Shown: positions 26,165-53,300 of the stretch, in pieces | How the letters are laid out: every line of letters starts with the position of its first letter | Numbering within the stretch: position 1 is the stretch's first letter | Source of the DNA: the human T2T-CHM13v2.0 reference genome, Homo sapiens | DNA: 64,000 nt | Assembly (NCBI RefSeq): GCF_009914755.1 | Contig: NC_060943.1 | Direction: 5' to 3' (one strand) | Made by a program: the position numbers and the translations under genes | The notes under the pieces: generated by a model | Told to the model about the DNA's origin: nothing | What the model saw: the letters and a program-made list of their open reading frames with translations, nothing else | Database searches by the model: none

Positions 26165-26384
26165 GTTGCCAGGCAACCGGCAGGGGCCTCCGCCCGCGGG
26201 GACCCACCCTGTTGCTAGGTAACCGGCTTATGAGCCCCATCCTGGTGTGAGGCAGAGAGGCCGGTAGACCTCACCTGAGAGCCCCATCCTGTTTCTGGGT
26301 AACCGGGCGGGGGTCTTAAGTGGGTAATCCCCGCCCTGTTGCTACGTAACGCGGTGGGCTGCAGCCACCGCGTTGCCAGGTAAC
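26165..26384. promoter_or_regulatory. Array of five RFX X-box-like palindromes
   Basis: GTTGCCAGGCAAC 26165, GTTGCTAGGTAAC 26211, GTTTCTGGGTAAC 26291, GTTGCTACGTAAC 26338, GTTGCCAGGTAAC 26372. Confidence 0.7.
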
Positions 26385-26903
26385 TGACTGCACCGCCCTC
26401 TGCTCCCCGGCGCCGGGGCCGGGGGCTCGGGCCTCGGTGGAGGACCCAGAAGCGGGGCCGCAGCCGGCCTCGGAGCCAGGCAGGGCGTCCAGGGGCTGCG
26501 CGACCCTTGGCCGGGGGTGGCGAGGCGTGGCGGGGACTGGGTGCTCTCGAGCCAGTCCCGCCTTCTCAGGGCGTTACAGCTTCTGTTTATCGTGCACTTT
26601 CTCTCAGTAGGAATTTCTCCACGTTCATTGTGATAGTGAGTTACAAGGATTAGGTGAGGTGAGTGGTGATCACGAGTGCCGTTTTATAGAGGGAGAAACT
26701 GAGGCATGGAGAGGTGAAGCAACCTGACCAAGGTCACAATGGTCACAGAGAAGTAGCAAGTCTAGGAGTCCGATCCAGAATCATTCGTTTATTCAGCTGA
26801 TATCTGGGGAGCACCTACTAATGCCGGGCAGGGTACTAAGCCTGGGGTCGATTTGTGTTTAGCAAAAAACAGTCCCTTTTTTTTTGTTTTGTTTTTGAGA
26901 TAG

Positions 26904-27248
<345 letters not shown>

Positions 27249-29158
27249 TAAATGTCAATTGCAGTGGTGTTGAGGGGCGAGTGTGTTATACAGACAGTCA
27301 GCCTCAGCCCGAGGATGAGAGAGGGTTTCCCTGAGGAGGGGTGACAAATGGACCAGAGACACCAGGGAGCTGGACATAAACTAGAACCCAGGCATCTTCC
27401 CCAGAGGATCTGAGAAAACTTTAAGAAGGGATTGTCCCCACCTTTTAGAAATGGTCCTCTGCCTTCTCCTAAGTCCATCCCAGGTGCAAGGCAGGTGGCT
27501 GCCTGGCCTGTTGCATGTGGAAGCAACAAGAACCGGTCCAACAATGTGAAGCCCAACATTGATCAGTGAGAGAAACAAACATGGGTGTCAGGTCCTAGGT
27601 GAGGCGGGCAGGGGTGAGCCCTAAAGCAGCTGAGAGTGAAGAGGTGAAATGGCTGCCCCTTCCCGCCCCACCCCACCCCCAGCACTTTCCTGAAGTCCCT
27701 TGAGTGGGTGCCTGCTCTGGAAGCCACCCAAAGTCAACAACTGGTGAGACCCAGTGCTGGGCTTCCCTCCCCCGCCTTCTTGGAAGGAGGGAAGACACCC
27801 GTCTTAGAGCACGCCAGGGGCTGGGTGGTGCGGTGGAATGAGTCCTGGTGGAATGAGTCTTGCTTCCACCCTGGCCACTGCCTCCCCAGAGGTGCCAGTG
27901 GGCTGCCTGTCTTGGCTTGCTTATTCCTTCAGCAAACATTTCATGAGCACCTAGCATGCACCCTGCCCTATGCCGGGCATAGGGTGTCCATTGGCGCCAT
28001 GGCTGTGGTGTTAGGGGTGAGCTCAAAACCCATCCCTGCTGCTCAGCTGTGTGACCTGGGACAGGCACCTTCTCCTGTCTGAGCCTCACTTTCCTCACTG
28101 GTCAAAAGAGGCTTTTATGGAGTTATTGTGCAGATTTGCTGAGCAGATGCATGAGACAGGCTCAGCACCACCCATGGTCCATGTTAGCTCTCCCAGGCCT
28201 CTCGGTCTAGCAGGGGAGTCACCTAGAAGCAGAGACATTACCACACAGTTGGATCCAGGCAGCCACAGGGGCAGGAACAAGGTCCCAAGTCCTGCAGTTG
28301 CTCAACCTCATCTTTAGCCAGTGGAAGGGGGAGGTGGTTATGAAAGGCTCCCTGAAGAGGGCGACGCTGGAAGTAGGTTTGGAAGGCACGATCATGTGGA
28401 AAAGAGGTGTTGCAAGGGGCAGCCTGCTGGGGCTGCCAAGCCAGAAGTCCTGGCTAATGCTGAGATGGGAGAGAGGGACCAAGGGGACCACTTCAGTTCC
28501 AACCAGGAGCCACCGTGAGGAGACCGTAGCCCAGAGAGGCATGATCAGACCTGCCTTTCAGAAAGCTCCCCAAGGCAGCCGTGGGCTTCCTTCCCTTCCT
28601 CTGCAACCATGATGCCCTTTCTTATTCCACGACCCACGGACCTCCTGTTTCCAAAGTCAGCCTCGTGAGCCGACTGCATTTAATCAACAATAAAGCACAC
28701 TGAGAAATTCATGGCCACGTGTCTGGTCACCGAGGACACCAGCGTGGCCACACTGGGCTGGGAGGAAGCTGTCCTAGTAGGAAGCTTCTCCGCTTTATCT
28801 AACTGGCTTCTCAGCAGCTTCTGACACCACTAACCACCTCCTCTTCAGTGCTCCCTTCCGCTTCCAGGAGGCTGCGCTCTGGGGGGTTTCCTCCTGTTTC
28901 TTGCACTGCCTACTTTCCTCCTTTTCTGCCCTCCCCAGGGCTGTGGAGCGGCTCAGGCCTACGCGTGCCTCCCCATGCTGTCACTCTTCCCAGGTGGGCT
29001 TTGACTCATGTCCATGGGCCAGTGACTCTCAATTTTGTTCACAGCATTTCTCTGGAGATCTAGTGGCCTCTGAGACACCAGAGAGGTCCCGCCGCCACCA
29101 TAAATTCAGCATTCTTCTAAATGCACTCCCTGTACCTGCTCTCTTTCCATTTCAGTGA

Positions 29159-29796
<638 letters not shown>

Positions 29797-30444
29797 TGAG
29801 CTGAGGCTTGAGAAATGAGAAGAGCCAGGTCAGGGCAAAGGCCCGAGGTGGGAACAGATGTGGATCACTCAGAGACCAGCTAAGGGGCCAGGCTGGAGCA
29901 GAGTGAACCAGGGCAGCGCAGGCAGAGAGGCGTCAGAGGGGCTGTGAGGAGCCAGACCACGCTGGTCCTTGGGAGCCATGGGGACGGGCTTGGGCTTTGT
30001 TCTCAGTGCCGGGGAGGCTGGGGTAAGTGGCAGTTCAGCAGTGGGGGAGAGACCCCGTCTGGCTTCTGTGTAGGAAGAGCCCTGTCACCCTTTGTGAGGA
30101 AGGACCTGGGGGGTCAAGAGTGACAGCAGGGGGAGGGGCTGTTCCCTCAACACGTCATCACCTGCCTCCCTCCAATCAGTTCCACAGGCCACGAAGCAGA
30201 CACTAGGAAAGGAAGGTGCCACCCCGCACCACCCCCAGTCTCGCCTTGAGAGAATAAAGGCAGCGTGTGATGAAATGCCAAGTTCTGAGGCAGGTGGTTC
30301 CCAGGATGGTCAGCGCCGCAATGGCCTTCTCAGCATGTTGCTGAGTCCTGCAGCTGGCTGTCCTGCAGGCCCCAAGAGCTGCAGCTGCTCCAGGCAGCAT
30401 CTCCAACCGCAGCCATGCCCAGGCTAGCAAAACTTCCGACCTCC

Positions 30445-31050
30445 TTTTTATTCTTTAATGAGGTATAATTTACATTAATAACCTGCACTTATCTAAAGTG
30501 TACAATTTGATGAGCTCAGTCATGTGGGAAGCCATAACCACACATTCCATCGCCCCCGAAAGCTTCTTCACACCCCTTTGCTGTCTAGCCCCATCCCTAG
30601 GCACCCACCGATGTGTTTTTCATCACCATTTTCTAGGATTTTATACACGTGCAGTCATGCAGGATGAGCTCTCGTTTGTCTGGTTTCTCTCAGCCAGCAC
30701 AGTGATTCTGATGCGCCTGTGTATCGGGAGTCCGATCCCTTCCGTTGCTGAGGCATGCTTCTCATGGTGTGCACGGATACAGTTTGTTTCTAGTTCACCT
30801 GCTGAAGGACATTGGCATTGTTTCTAGTCTGGGTCTGTTTCAATTAAAGCTGCTGTTAAGATTCTCGTGCTAGTGTTTGTGCAGACATGTGGTTTCATTT
30901 CTCTTGGGTAAATACCAGAGAGAGGAATGACTGGATCGTATGGTAACTCTGGGTTTCACTTTTTGAGAAACTGCCAGACTACACCAAAGTAGTTGTCCCA
31001 TTTTCCATTCCTATCAGCAGTGGACAGGGGTTCTGGATGCTGTATATCCT
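30445..31050 (-). mobile_element. Old L1M-type 3' fragment, antisense to AP1M1
   Basis: tgaggtataatttaca...aagtgtacaatttgatgag...tttctcttgggtaaatacc...tttttgagaaactgccagact. Confidence 0.8.
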
Positions 31051-31529
31051 GACCCACAGGCTATGAAAGAGAGAGACCAGGAAGAGGGCTTCTCCCTTCA
31101 GGCCACCTGTGGACTTCAGTAAATACGAACCTTCAGCGGGAGTGGGCGCCCTGACACAGGCGGGAGAGCAAGGTGCGTTGGCCCGGCAAAGGCTCTGAGA
31201 AGGTCTGCATTGAGAGCTTGTGAGGCATTGCTTAACCTGATGTCTCTGGGTGATTCAGTCCTGGACCTTTGCTGCAGAGTTCGCCTCTACCCTCACCCTG
31301 CGAAGAACTGCAGTGGCCCCTGTGGGCATTCACACTGGGAGATGCTCTTCTCCAGGAATTCCCTGGGGGATGGAGATCAGAACGGCCTCAAGTCCTGCTC
31401 TTTTGCGGATAGTGGCCATGACCGGAGTCCCCAGAGCGAAGCAGGGTGGTGCATCTCACCCCCTGCCCCAAGCCCCCAGATTGTAGAACTGAAAATGCAA
31501 GCATCTTTTCTCTTCCTTCCCCACCCCAG

Positions 31530-31686
31530 GTGCTCATCTGCCGGAACTACCGTGGCGACGTGGACATGTCAGAGGTGGAGCACTTCATGCCCATCCTGAT
31601 GGAGAAGGAGGAGGAGGGGATGCTGTCGCCCATCCTGGCCCACGGGGGGGTCCGTTTCATGTGGATCAAACACAACAACCTGTATC
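31530..31686 (+). CDS. AP1M1: AP1M1 exon 2 (VLICRNYRGD...KHNNLY)
   Basis: cccag| acceptor; 157 nt; followed by the U12-type donor GTATCCCTTT. Confidence 0.96.
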
Positions 31687-34411
<2,725 letters not shown>

Positions 34412-34479
34412 TGGTTGCCACATCCAAGAAGAACGCGTGCGTGTCGCTGGTCTTTTCTTTCCTCTATAAGGTGGTGCAG
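34412..34479 (+). CDS. AP1M1: AP1M1 exon 3 (LVATSKKNACVSLVFSFLYKVVQ)
   Basis: 68 nt restoring phase 0; CAG|GTGAGT donor. Confidence 0.96.
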
Positions 34480-36089
34480 GTGAGTCTCGCTCGGAGGGGC
34501 CGTGGGCTTGGGTGGAGGTTGTCTTGGCTCTGCTTGTGGACCTCCCCATACCTGGCCACCCTACAGAGAGCTGTGGCATCCCCAGGGAGCACTGGGGCTG
34601 GAAGCCCAGGAAGTGGGAAAGGGGAGTCCCAACTCCCCACGCCTGTGGAATTCTATAGCTCACGTTGCTCCCCTACCGTGGGGAAGAAAGGAAAGTGAAC
34701 AGGAAAAGGTAGGGCTCAGAGCAGGGGTGCCCTGACCCTGGAAGGGACAAGCAGGGGTCAGCGAGCTTTGGAAGGATGTGGGGTGACCAGCTGGATGGGG
34801 CTGGAATAACCAGCAGAGCTGCAGAGCTGAGCCCACCTCAGAATCTCCCAGGGGGCTCTCAAGGCACAGATGCCTGACGCCCACCTTGGAGAGAGCTGAC
34901 ACGCCAGGCCCAGGCTGCCAGTGAGACACAGATAGCAGCCAGGGTGAAGGCGCCAGGACAGGTGTATGTGTGGTGCAGCTAGGGAGGCCAGCGTGCGTGT
35001 GGCAGAGTATGAGGCTGAGGTCAGCTGGGAAGAGGGCGGATTATACAGGAGTGTGGATTTCATTCCACTTCTGATGAAAGGTAGTGGAGGGCTTTAAGCA
35101 GGAGACTGACAAGACGTGGTTTGATCTAAAGCAGCCTCTCTGGCTGCTGAGCAGAAGGAGGACTTGAGGCCAGTGAGGAGGCTGCTGCTGGCTTCCCGGA
35201 GAGGATGGGCCTGGCCGAGGTGGGCTGTGGGGCTCACGAAAGTGGGGAACAGGACCCAGGAGGCCTGTGCTGGGCCTGGGAAAGCTTTCATCCCTCACTG
35301 ATGCTGCCTGTGCAGAATGTTGGGGAACAGGGGCAAGCCTGGGCGGTGAGGGCTTGGGGAAGGAGCCGAGGGTCACCTGGGAAGGCCCCACGTGCAGGCC
35401 AAGGGCTGCCTTCACTGGACCGGTGATGCTGTCACAGGCAGGGCTGGGCCTGGCTGTGCTGCCTGTGGTTTCCAAGCAGAGGCCGGGTGATCACAGTCCT
35501 GAAGCGCGCAGGGGTCAGCAGATCAGAGAATGGGGGATGCGGGAAGGGGAAGGTCCTCACCCAAGGGTTGGGCTGTGCCTTTCTGTTTTAGTGACGCTCC
35601 TTCCTTCAGCATTTGTGCCTGCAAAAGTGCTTCTAACAGCCCCTCTTCTTTGGCGTCCCTTCCTTAACCTTCTGAGCTTTCCATTGAAATGGGGAAGATG
35701 CATCAAGCTTTCCACTGAAATGGGGAAGATGGCAGCTCATCAGGTCCTTGCCTGAGTCACTCCAGACTCAGAAAGGGATGACAGTTACAGTCGCTCAGGA
35801 GGGGCTGCCTGTCTGCGGGTGTCTGGGCAGGGAAGAGAATGGGAACGCAGAGCTTCTGAAGGCCTCGGGACATCTGCAGTGGCTCCAGCCTGGCCCCACC
35901 CCACAGCCAGCCACTGCTGTCCTGCCCCATAACCTGGGTCCAGGGCCCTGTAGCACACCACCGAGCCTGGGAAGTAGGCTGTTGGTAGGACTTAGCGGGC
36001 AAATGAATGTGTGCAAGCGTTCATTCATTCCTCATCCGTCCGCTCAATGATCTGCCTCCCATTCCTCCCTCCCTCCCCAACCGCCACAG

Positions 36090-36220
36090 GTGTTTTCCGA
36101 GTACTTCAAGGAGCTGGAGGAGGAGAGCATCCGGGACAACTTTGTTATCATCTACGAGCTGCTGGACGAGCTCATGGACTTCGGCTACCCCCAGACCACC
36201 GACAGCAAGATCCTGCAGGA
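36090..36220 (+). CDS. AP1M1: AP1M1 exon 4 (VFSEYFKELEEESIRDNF...KILQE)
   Basis: cacag| acceptor, GA|GTGAGT donor, 131 nt; conserved YELLDELMDFGYPQ. Confidence 0.97.
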
Positions 36221-37100
36221 GTGAGTGGGCAGGGGTGGGGCCTGGGGCCAGGCCTGGGCGGTGTCATGACATCGACGTCATCAGGTGTGGAAACAGAAGG
36301 GGCAAATTTGTGTTCATGTTGTCCCCCACCTGCCTCCCACCTCCAGCAGTATTCGGGTTTTTACTAAGTTGCTCTTAGTGGTTTTAATTCGTTTCCTCCT
36401 CTACGCCCCCACATAACCGTGCTTTTCCTGCTCCTCATCTTTACTCTCCATCCACACAGATGCCTTCAGTACCTTGCTACTAAGGAGTCACCTCCCTTGT
36501 TTTTACTGTCATAAAATGAGACTGTGATCGAAATCTCCCCTCTTTGGAATCCTGCCCTTCAGATAAGAAGCAATGTGAATTAAGTGCTTCCTGGGGGCCG
36601 GGCCCCAGCACTTCACATTCACTCGATTCACAGCCTCCCCGTATACCGTCTCCCCATTTTACAGGGGACAAGCAAGCAGACTCCCAGAGAAGCCTGTGTT
36701 CCTAACCGCTGCACCTCCTGCTCCTTCAGCAGGATGGGGTCACCAGGTTACACTCCGAGGCGTCAGTTCCATCCACGTGCTCAGCAGGGACGGGAAGCAG
36801 CTCACACCCACTTCTTGTTTTCCTTCCCAACATGGTCTTCTTGGTCCCCCAAAATGAGCACTTCAGCCTCTATAACTTGAGTGTATTGGCTTTTGGAAAT
36901 TGTGAAGATTTTTCTGTATGAAGCAGCCCCAGGTGAACCAGAGGCTGCCTTTTCTGGAGCTGCTGAAATCCAAGGGCTATTTTCAAGTCGGTCAGAACCT
37001 GCCCTGTACCCCCCACCCAACCCTGCCGAAATGTCAAGGCCAGAAGCTGTGGCGTTGGTGCGGGTACCACCTCCTTCACTCTGAGCGTGTGGCCCCACAG

Positions 37101-37248
37101 GTACATCACTCAGGAAGGCCACAAGCTGGAAACAGGGGCCCCGCGGCCACCAGCCACCGTCACCAACGCGGTGTCCTGGCGGTCCGAAGGCATCAAGTAT
37201 CGGAAGAATGAGGTGTTCTTGGACGTCATCGAGTCTGTCAACCTCTTG
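37101..37248 (+). CDS. AP1M1: AP1M1 exon 5 (YITQEGHK...NEVFLDVIESVNLL); includes T154 and cargo-binding F172/D174
   Basis: cacag| acceptor, TTG|GTAGGC donor, 148 nt; VSWR...KNEVFLD adaptin-mu signature. Confidence 0.97.
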
Positions 37249-37390
37249 GTAGGCCTCTTTTCTTTCCTTCTTCTGTAGGGTTTTATCTCTTCCACGATAG
37301 AAATAAACACAGCATTTTAAAACTGGCAAAGCCCCGAGAGCCGTTCTGTGTGGTAACAGATAGCAGGATTCAGTTTGGGCCACTCATTGA

Positions 37391-37600
<210 letters not shown>

Positions 37601-37929
37601 TGAGAATCCATACATGCACATTATTTTTAAAAATTAGAAGCAGGGTATGAGGTTAGAAAGTGAAGGGCTCTTATCAGTCACCATGCACAGAAAAAAAAAA
37701 AAGAAACTAAAGGGCTCCTATAATCAGAAAGATTAGGATTTATTCACCGTCACCCTCTCGGGCCTCATTCTGTAGACAGACAGAAACAAGTATATTGATT
37801 TTTCTATAAACCTGAGATCATAAGATGTGGTTCTCCTGCAGCTTGTTTTTTTGGTGGTGGTTGTTGTTTGGGTTTTGATTTTGCGTTCAGTGTTACTGTT
37901 TTGTATATTTTTTTCTTTTGGTTTTTTAA

Positions 37930-39172
<1,243 letters not shown>

Positions 39173-39217
39173 TTTTTTTTTTTTCGACAGAGTCTCACTT
39201 TGTAGCCCAGGCTGTAG

Positions 39218-39403
<186 letters not shown>

Positions 39404-39441
39404 TGATCTGCCTTCCTCGGCCTCCCTAAGTGTTGGGATTA

Positions 39442-46770
<7,329 letters not shown>

Positions 46771-47322
46771 AAATCTAGGCAGTCTTTAAACAGCTTCAAA
46801 TTAGGGTTCTCACAAACCCCTCTTTGGGTAAGCAAGGTATAGAGGGAAGGGACCCAGAGCTTCCTTGCCCTCTCTGGACACACCACCCTCCAGGAACCTC
46901 CACGTGTTCAGCTCTCTGGAAGCTTCTTTTATCTCTTTTGCTTTACGTCTTCCCTCACTGAGACTTCCAGCACAGTGTTGAATATGAGTGGTGAGAGCTG
47001 ACATTCTTGCTTTGTTCCTGATCTTAGAGGGAGACCATTAAGTCTTTTGCCACCAACTAGGATGTTAGCTGTAGGTTTATTATAGGTGTTCTTTTTCACC
47101 TTGAGGAAGTTCCCTTTTATTGCTAGTTTGCTAACAGTTTTTTTTTTTTTTTAATCATGCGTGGGTGTTGTATTTTCTTCAGTTCTTTTTCTGCATCAAT
47201 TGATGTAATCACATGAGTTTTCTTCTTTTGGTTGTTAATATGGTGTATTCCACTGACTGCTTTCTGATTATTGAACCAGTGTTGCATTCCTGGAATAAAA
47301 TCCCATTGGTCATAGTGTATTA

Positions 47323-47997
<675 letters not shown>

Positions 47998-48389
47998 TAT
48001 TCTTTTTATGTATTGCTGGATTTCCTTTGCTGGTATTTTGTTGGAGATTTTTGGATCTACACTCATAAGAGATACTGGTTTGTAATTTTCTCTTTTTTGT
48101 AATGTTTTTGTCTGGTTTTGGTATCAAGGTAATGGAGGAAGTGTTTTTTCCTCTTCCGTTTTCTGGAAGACATTTTATAGAATCCATGTTAATTCTTTAA
48201 ACATTTGTTAGAATTCACCACTGAAACTATCCGAGCCTGGAGATTTATTTTACAAAATGCTTTTAACTATTAATTTCAAAAAAAAGTGTTTTCTTGAGTC
48301 AGGGCTTCGATCTGTTGCCCAGGCTGGAGGGCAGTAGCGTGAACACAGCTCACTACACTTTGACTCCAGTGATCATCTTGCTCAAGTGA

Positions 48390-48764
<375 letters not shown>

Positions 48765-49219
48765 TAAAAAGGTTTTTTTAAAAGCCATTCTTGTAGAGGA
48801 GGTCTACTGGCTACACATTCCCTTGGCTTTCCTTTAAGAATGTCTCTATATTTTACCTTTATCCCTAAAGGCTATTTTCACTGGATATGGACTTCTGAAT
48901 TGACGGTTTTTGTTTAGCACTTTAATATGTTATACCACTTCCTTCTGGCATCCATCATTTCTGGTGAGAAATCCACAGTCCCCCAAATCTTTATTCCCCT
49001 ATAGGTGATGTATTATTGTCCTCTGGCTGCTTTCCAGATTTTTCTTTGCCTTTAGTTTCAGCAGTTAGATGAGGTGTGCACATCTTTGTGTTTCTACTGT
49101 TTGGGATTTGTTCAGCTTCTTGGATCTGTAAGTTTATGTCTTTCATCAAATTGGGAAGTTATCAATCATTGTTTCCTAAAATATGGTTTTTTGTTTTTTT
49201 GTTTTGTTTTGTTTTTTGA

Positions 49220-49858
<639 letters not shown>

Positions 49859-49998
49859 AAGCAATTCTCCTGTCTCAGCCTCCCGAGTAGCTGGGATTAC
49901 AGGCATTCACCACCACACTTGGCTAATTTTGTATTTTTAGTAGAGACAGGGTTTCTCCATGTCGATCAGGCTGGTCTCAAGCTCCCAACCTCAGGTGA

Positions 49999-50358
<360 letters not shown>

Positions 50359-53300
50359 TAGCCCCAACCTCCTGGGCTCAAGCGATCCTTCTGCTTCAGC
50401 CTCCTGAGTAGCTGGGACTACAGGTGTGCACCACCAAGCCTGGCTAATTTTTAAAAAAAAATTTTTGTAGAGATGAGGGTCTCTCTGTGTTGCCCTGGCT
50501 GATCTAGAACTCCTGGGGCAAGTGATCTTCCCACCTCAGCCTCCCAAAGTGCTGGGATTACAGGCATGAGCCACTGTACCTGGCCTCCATTCTGCTATTA
50601 AGTCCATTGAGCAAGTTGTTTATTTCAGTTACTATATTTTTAAAAATTTTCCATTTGATTCTTCTCTTTTTGTTTGTTTTTGTTTTTGTTTTTGTTTTGA
50701 GACAGGGTCTTACTCTGTTGCCCAGGCTGGAGTATAGTGGTGCAGTTATAGCTCACTGCAGCCTCAACCTCGTGTGTTCAAGTGATCTTCCCATCTGAGT
50801 GTGCTGAGTAGCTGAGACCACAGGCACGCACCACCATGCCTGGCTAATTTTTTTTTATTTTTTATTTTGTAGAGACCAGGACTTGCTGTGTTGCCCAGGC
50901 TAGTCTCGAACTCCTGGTTGATTCTTCTTTATCATCTGTTTCTTTGCTGAGACTTTCTATTTTAACATTTGTTGCAAGCATTTGCAATTTTAAAAATAGC
51001 TGTTTAAAGTCTTCATCAGATAATCCCAACATCTGTGAAGTGTTGACAGTGGTTGATTGGGTTTTCCAGGCAAGTTGACATTTTCGTGGTTGTTTGTATG
51101 CTGAGTAATTTTGGATTGCATCCTGGACTTTTTGAGCATTATGTGGTGATACTCTAGGTCTTATTTAAGCTATATGGGAAATATTGATATTTTTGTTTTA
51201 GCCAACAGCCAATCTTACTTTCAGGCCACAAGTTCCAATCCCCAACCTGTAGGCCATGAGCATCACGTCAGTTTTTAAAGCCCCCGTGCCATTTCCTGGT
51301 CAGATCTCCTGGGCGTGCACTGCCCAGTGGTCATTCTGGGACCCGAGTGGTTAGTTCAGTTCTCAAACTCTTTCGTAAGTCAAACTATGGTATATGCACA
51401 GGATTCACAGATGCTCGATTCTAGAGAGTTCTGGAGACATAAACCACTTCATGGGGTGACTTTCCTGAGCTTCTGGCTCTGTGCTGTCTACCTGGTACTT
51501 TTCTGATTCCTTGCGGTTTACTGTTGTACACGTCTGCCATTGGGCCCACTTCCCAGCCCACATGGAGAGAGGACAGAGAGAGAAAAGGACAACGGTTGCC
51601 CCACCCCCTCGGAACAGTAGCTGGCACCACAGGGCCTGGGGCATGAGGAACAGGGGAGATGGGGGGCTTCTGTGTTTTCCAGGAGAGTCAGGAGTTCCTC
51701 TTCTGGCCCCAGAGCCAGGCCTGGAGGCTCTGCTGAGCTCTCGTGTGCTCTGTGGTGCACACTTCTGCTTCCAGATTGCTGCTGCACTTTCTCGTGGGGG
51801 GCGGTGGGAACACTCTGCATTCGTGGCTCTTCCCTGGTCCACCTGCTGCTGTCTTCAGTCTTCCGGCAGCTGCCAAGCCTCCTGCCCAGGTTTCAGAGCT
51901 GTAGTCAGTGGCAGGGGAAGGGGCGCCAGCCGACCTGCCTCACCAGCCGCTTGCTTTCTTTTGTGTTCACGCTGGCCTCATCCCTGCGGTGTGGGTGGAC
52001 TGTATGGGCTCAGCCAATCCAGTCATGCAGGTCACTCAGGTCCCGTTTCTGACGGCCACTGGCAGTGCAGCATTGAGCACGCTTGCTCAGCCCCAGACGT
52101 GTGCACTTGGGTGTCTCCGTGACCTGGGCCAGGATTTCTGGAGGACTGAGGCTGCAGACATGGAATTGCCAAGGAGAGTGCTGCCCAGAAAGACTGTCTC
52201 GCGCACTCCGTGCAGACCTCTTCGCTTTCTTACTTTCCGGGACGGGACAGTGGCCTCGCTAACCACATTCCCCTCTCCCCTGGGGACTCTTGTCTGATTG
52301 TTTATTGAGCCGAAAACAGGGTCCATCTGGGTGCTGTGGGGTGCAAAGGCAAGTCCCAGGGGGCAGCTTAGAGAGAGTCGAGCAGGAAAGCGCTAGGGCT
52401 GCGGGGGTCCCCGCCACAGTGCGCTGCTGCATGTGGCTCCGCCCGGAAGGATCCCACTCCTCCAAACAGGTCAGCACAAGGGCAGCTGTCAGGATGCCAC
52501 CTTCCTAAGTGGCTTGCAGAGCTGGTGGCTGGGTCAACATTTGCCTCCAGATGCGATCATCTGAGTGCAGCCTGGTACTTACACAGCCGGGCCCTGAGCA
52601 AGCATCCCTTCAGCACCCGCCCTGGGAAGGGCACCGGCTCTGCGTGGCTGGTCACACCTCAGCTGAGAAGGTTCTGATTGCTGCCCGCAGGGCCGAGATC
52701 AGCCTCGTGGGCTGGGCAGCTTTTCAGCTCCACTCCCTGGGCCTGCTCTCGCGGCATTCACGACCTCATGTGTTCAGTTACAGCTGGCTGCCAGGGCCAG
52801 TCCCAACTCCCTGAGGGGGAGGCAGCACCCAAGGGGAATTAGGGGCCGTCACAGTGGAGTGGAGGGCCCTCCGAGAAAGAGGCAGGCAAAATCCCAATGC
52901 TCGGGCTCCTGGAGCCCCGGCCAGTGAGGGTCCCGAGCTCCTGAGCCTCCGCTTGCCCACTGAGCACCTCCTGCCACACACGCTGTTTCTGGTGCTGGAC
53001 ACGGCAGCGCGCAGCCCCACGTGGCTTCCCCCAGCAGGGAGAGAGAGAGAGAGACAAGCAGGCAGACGCAGGGAAGCTGTTGTGCACCATGGGATCAGGG
53101 AGCCGCTTGCGAGATGAGGACAGGACAGCACGAGGAGGTGAGGCTGGGGAAGGTGACAGAACCGGAGCCCTTGGGGCCATGTCCGGTTCCCTGCCCCTCC
53201 CAGGGCTGTCATTTGCTTGGCACCTCAGTTTTCCCAATTCCCTCAGAGGCGGCAAGCTGGTGAGGGGCTTTTGTTTGTCTACCCAGTGCTTTTTGGACAT

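Larger units (their letters stand above)
25700..26570 (+). promoter_or_regulatory. AP1M1: AP1M1 CpG-island promoter
   Basis: CpG-rich; two identical NRF1-type TGCGCCTGCGCA sites (25892-25903, 25914-25925); ETS ACTTCCGG 25840 and ACCGGAAGTG 25979; GC box 25821. Confidence 0.88.

Noticed and set aside
34465-34479. Alternative donor AAG|GTGGTG 9 nt upstream in AP1M1 exon 3
   Set aside because: Much weaker than the adjacent CAG|GTGAGT and would delete conserved residues; no supporting evidence.
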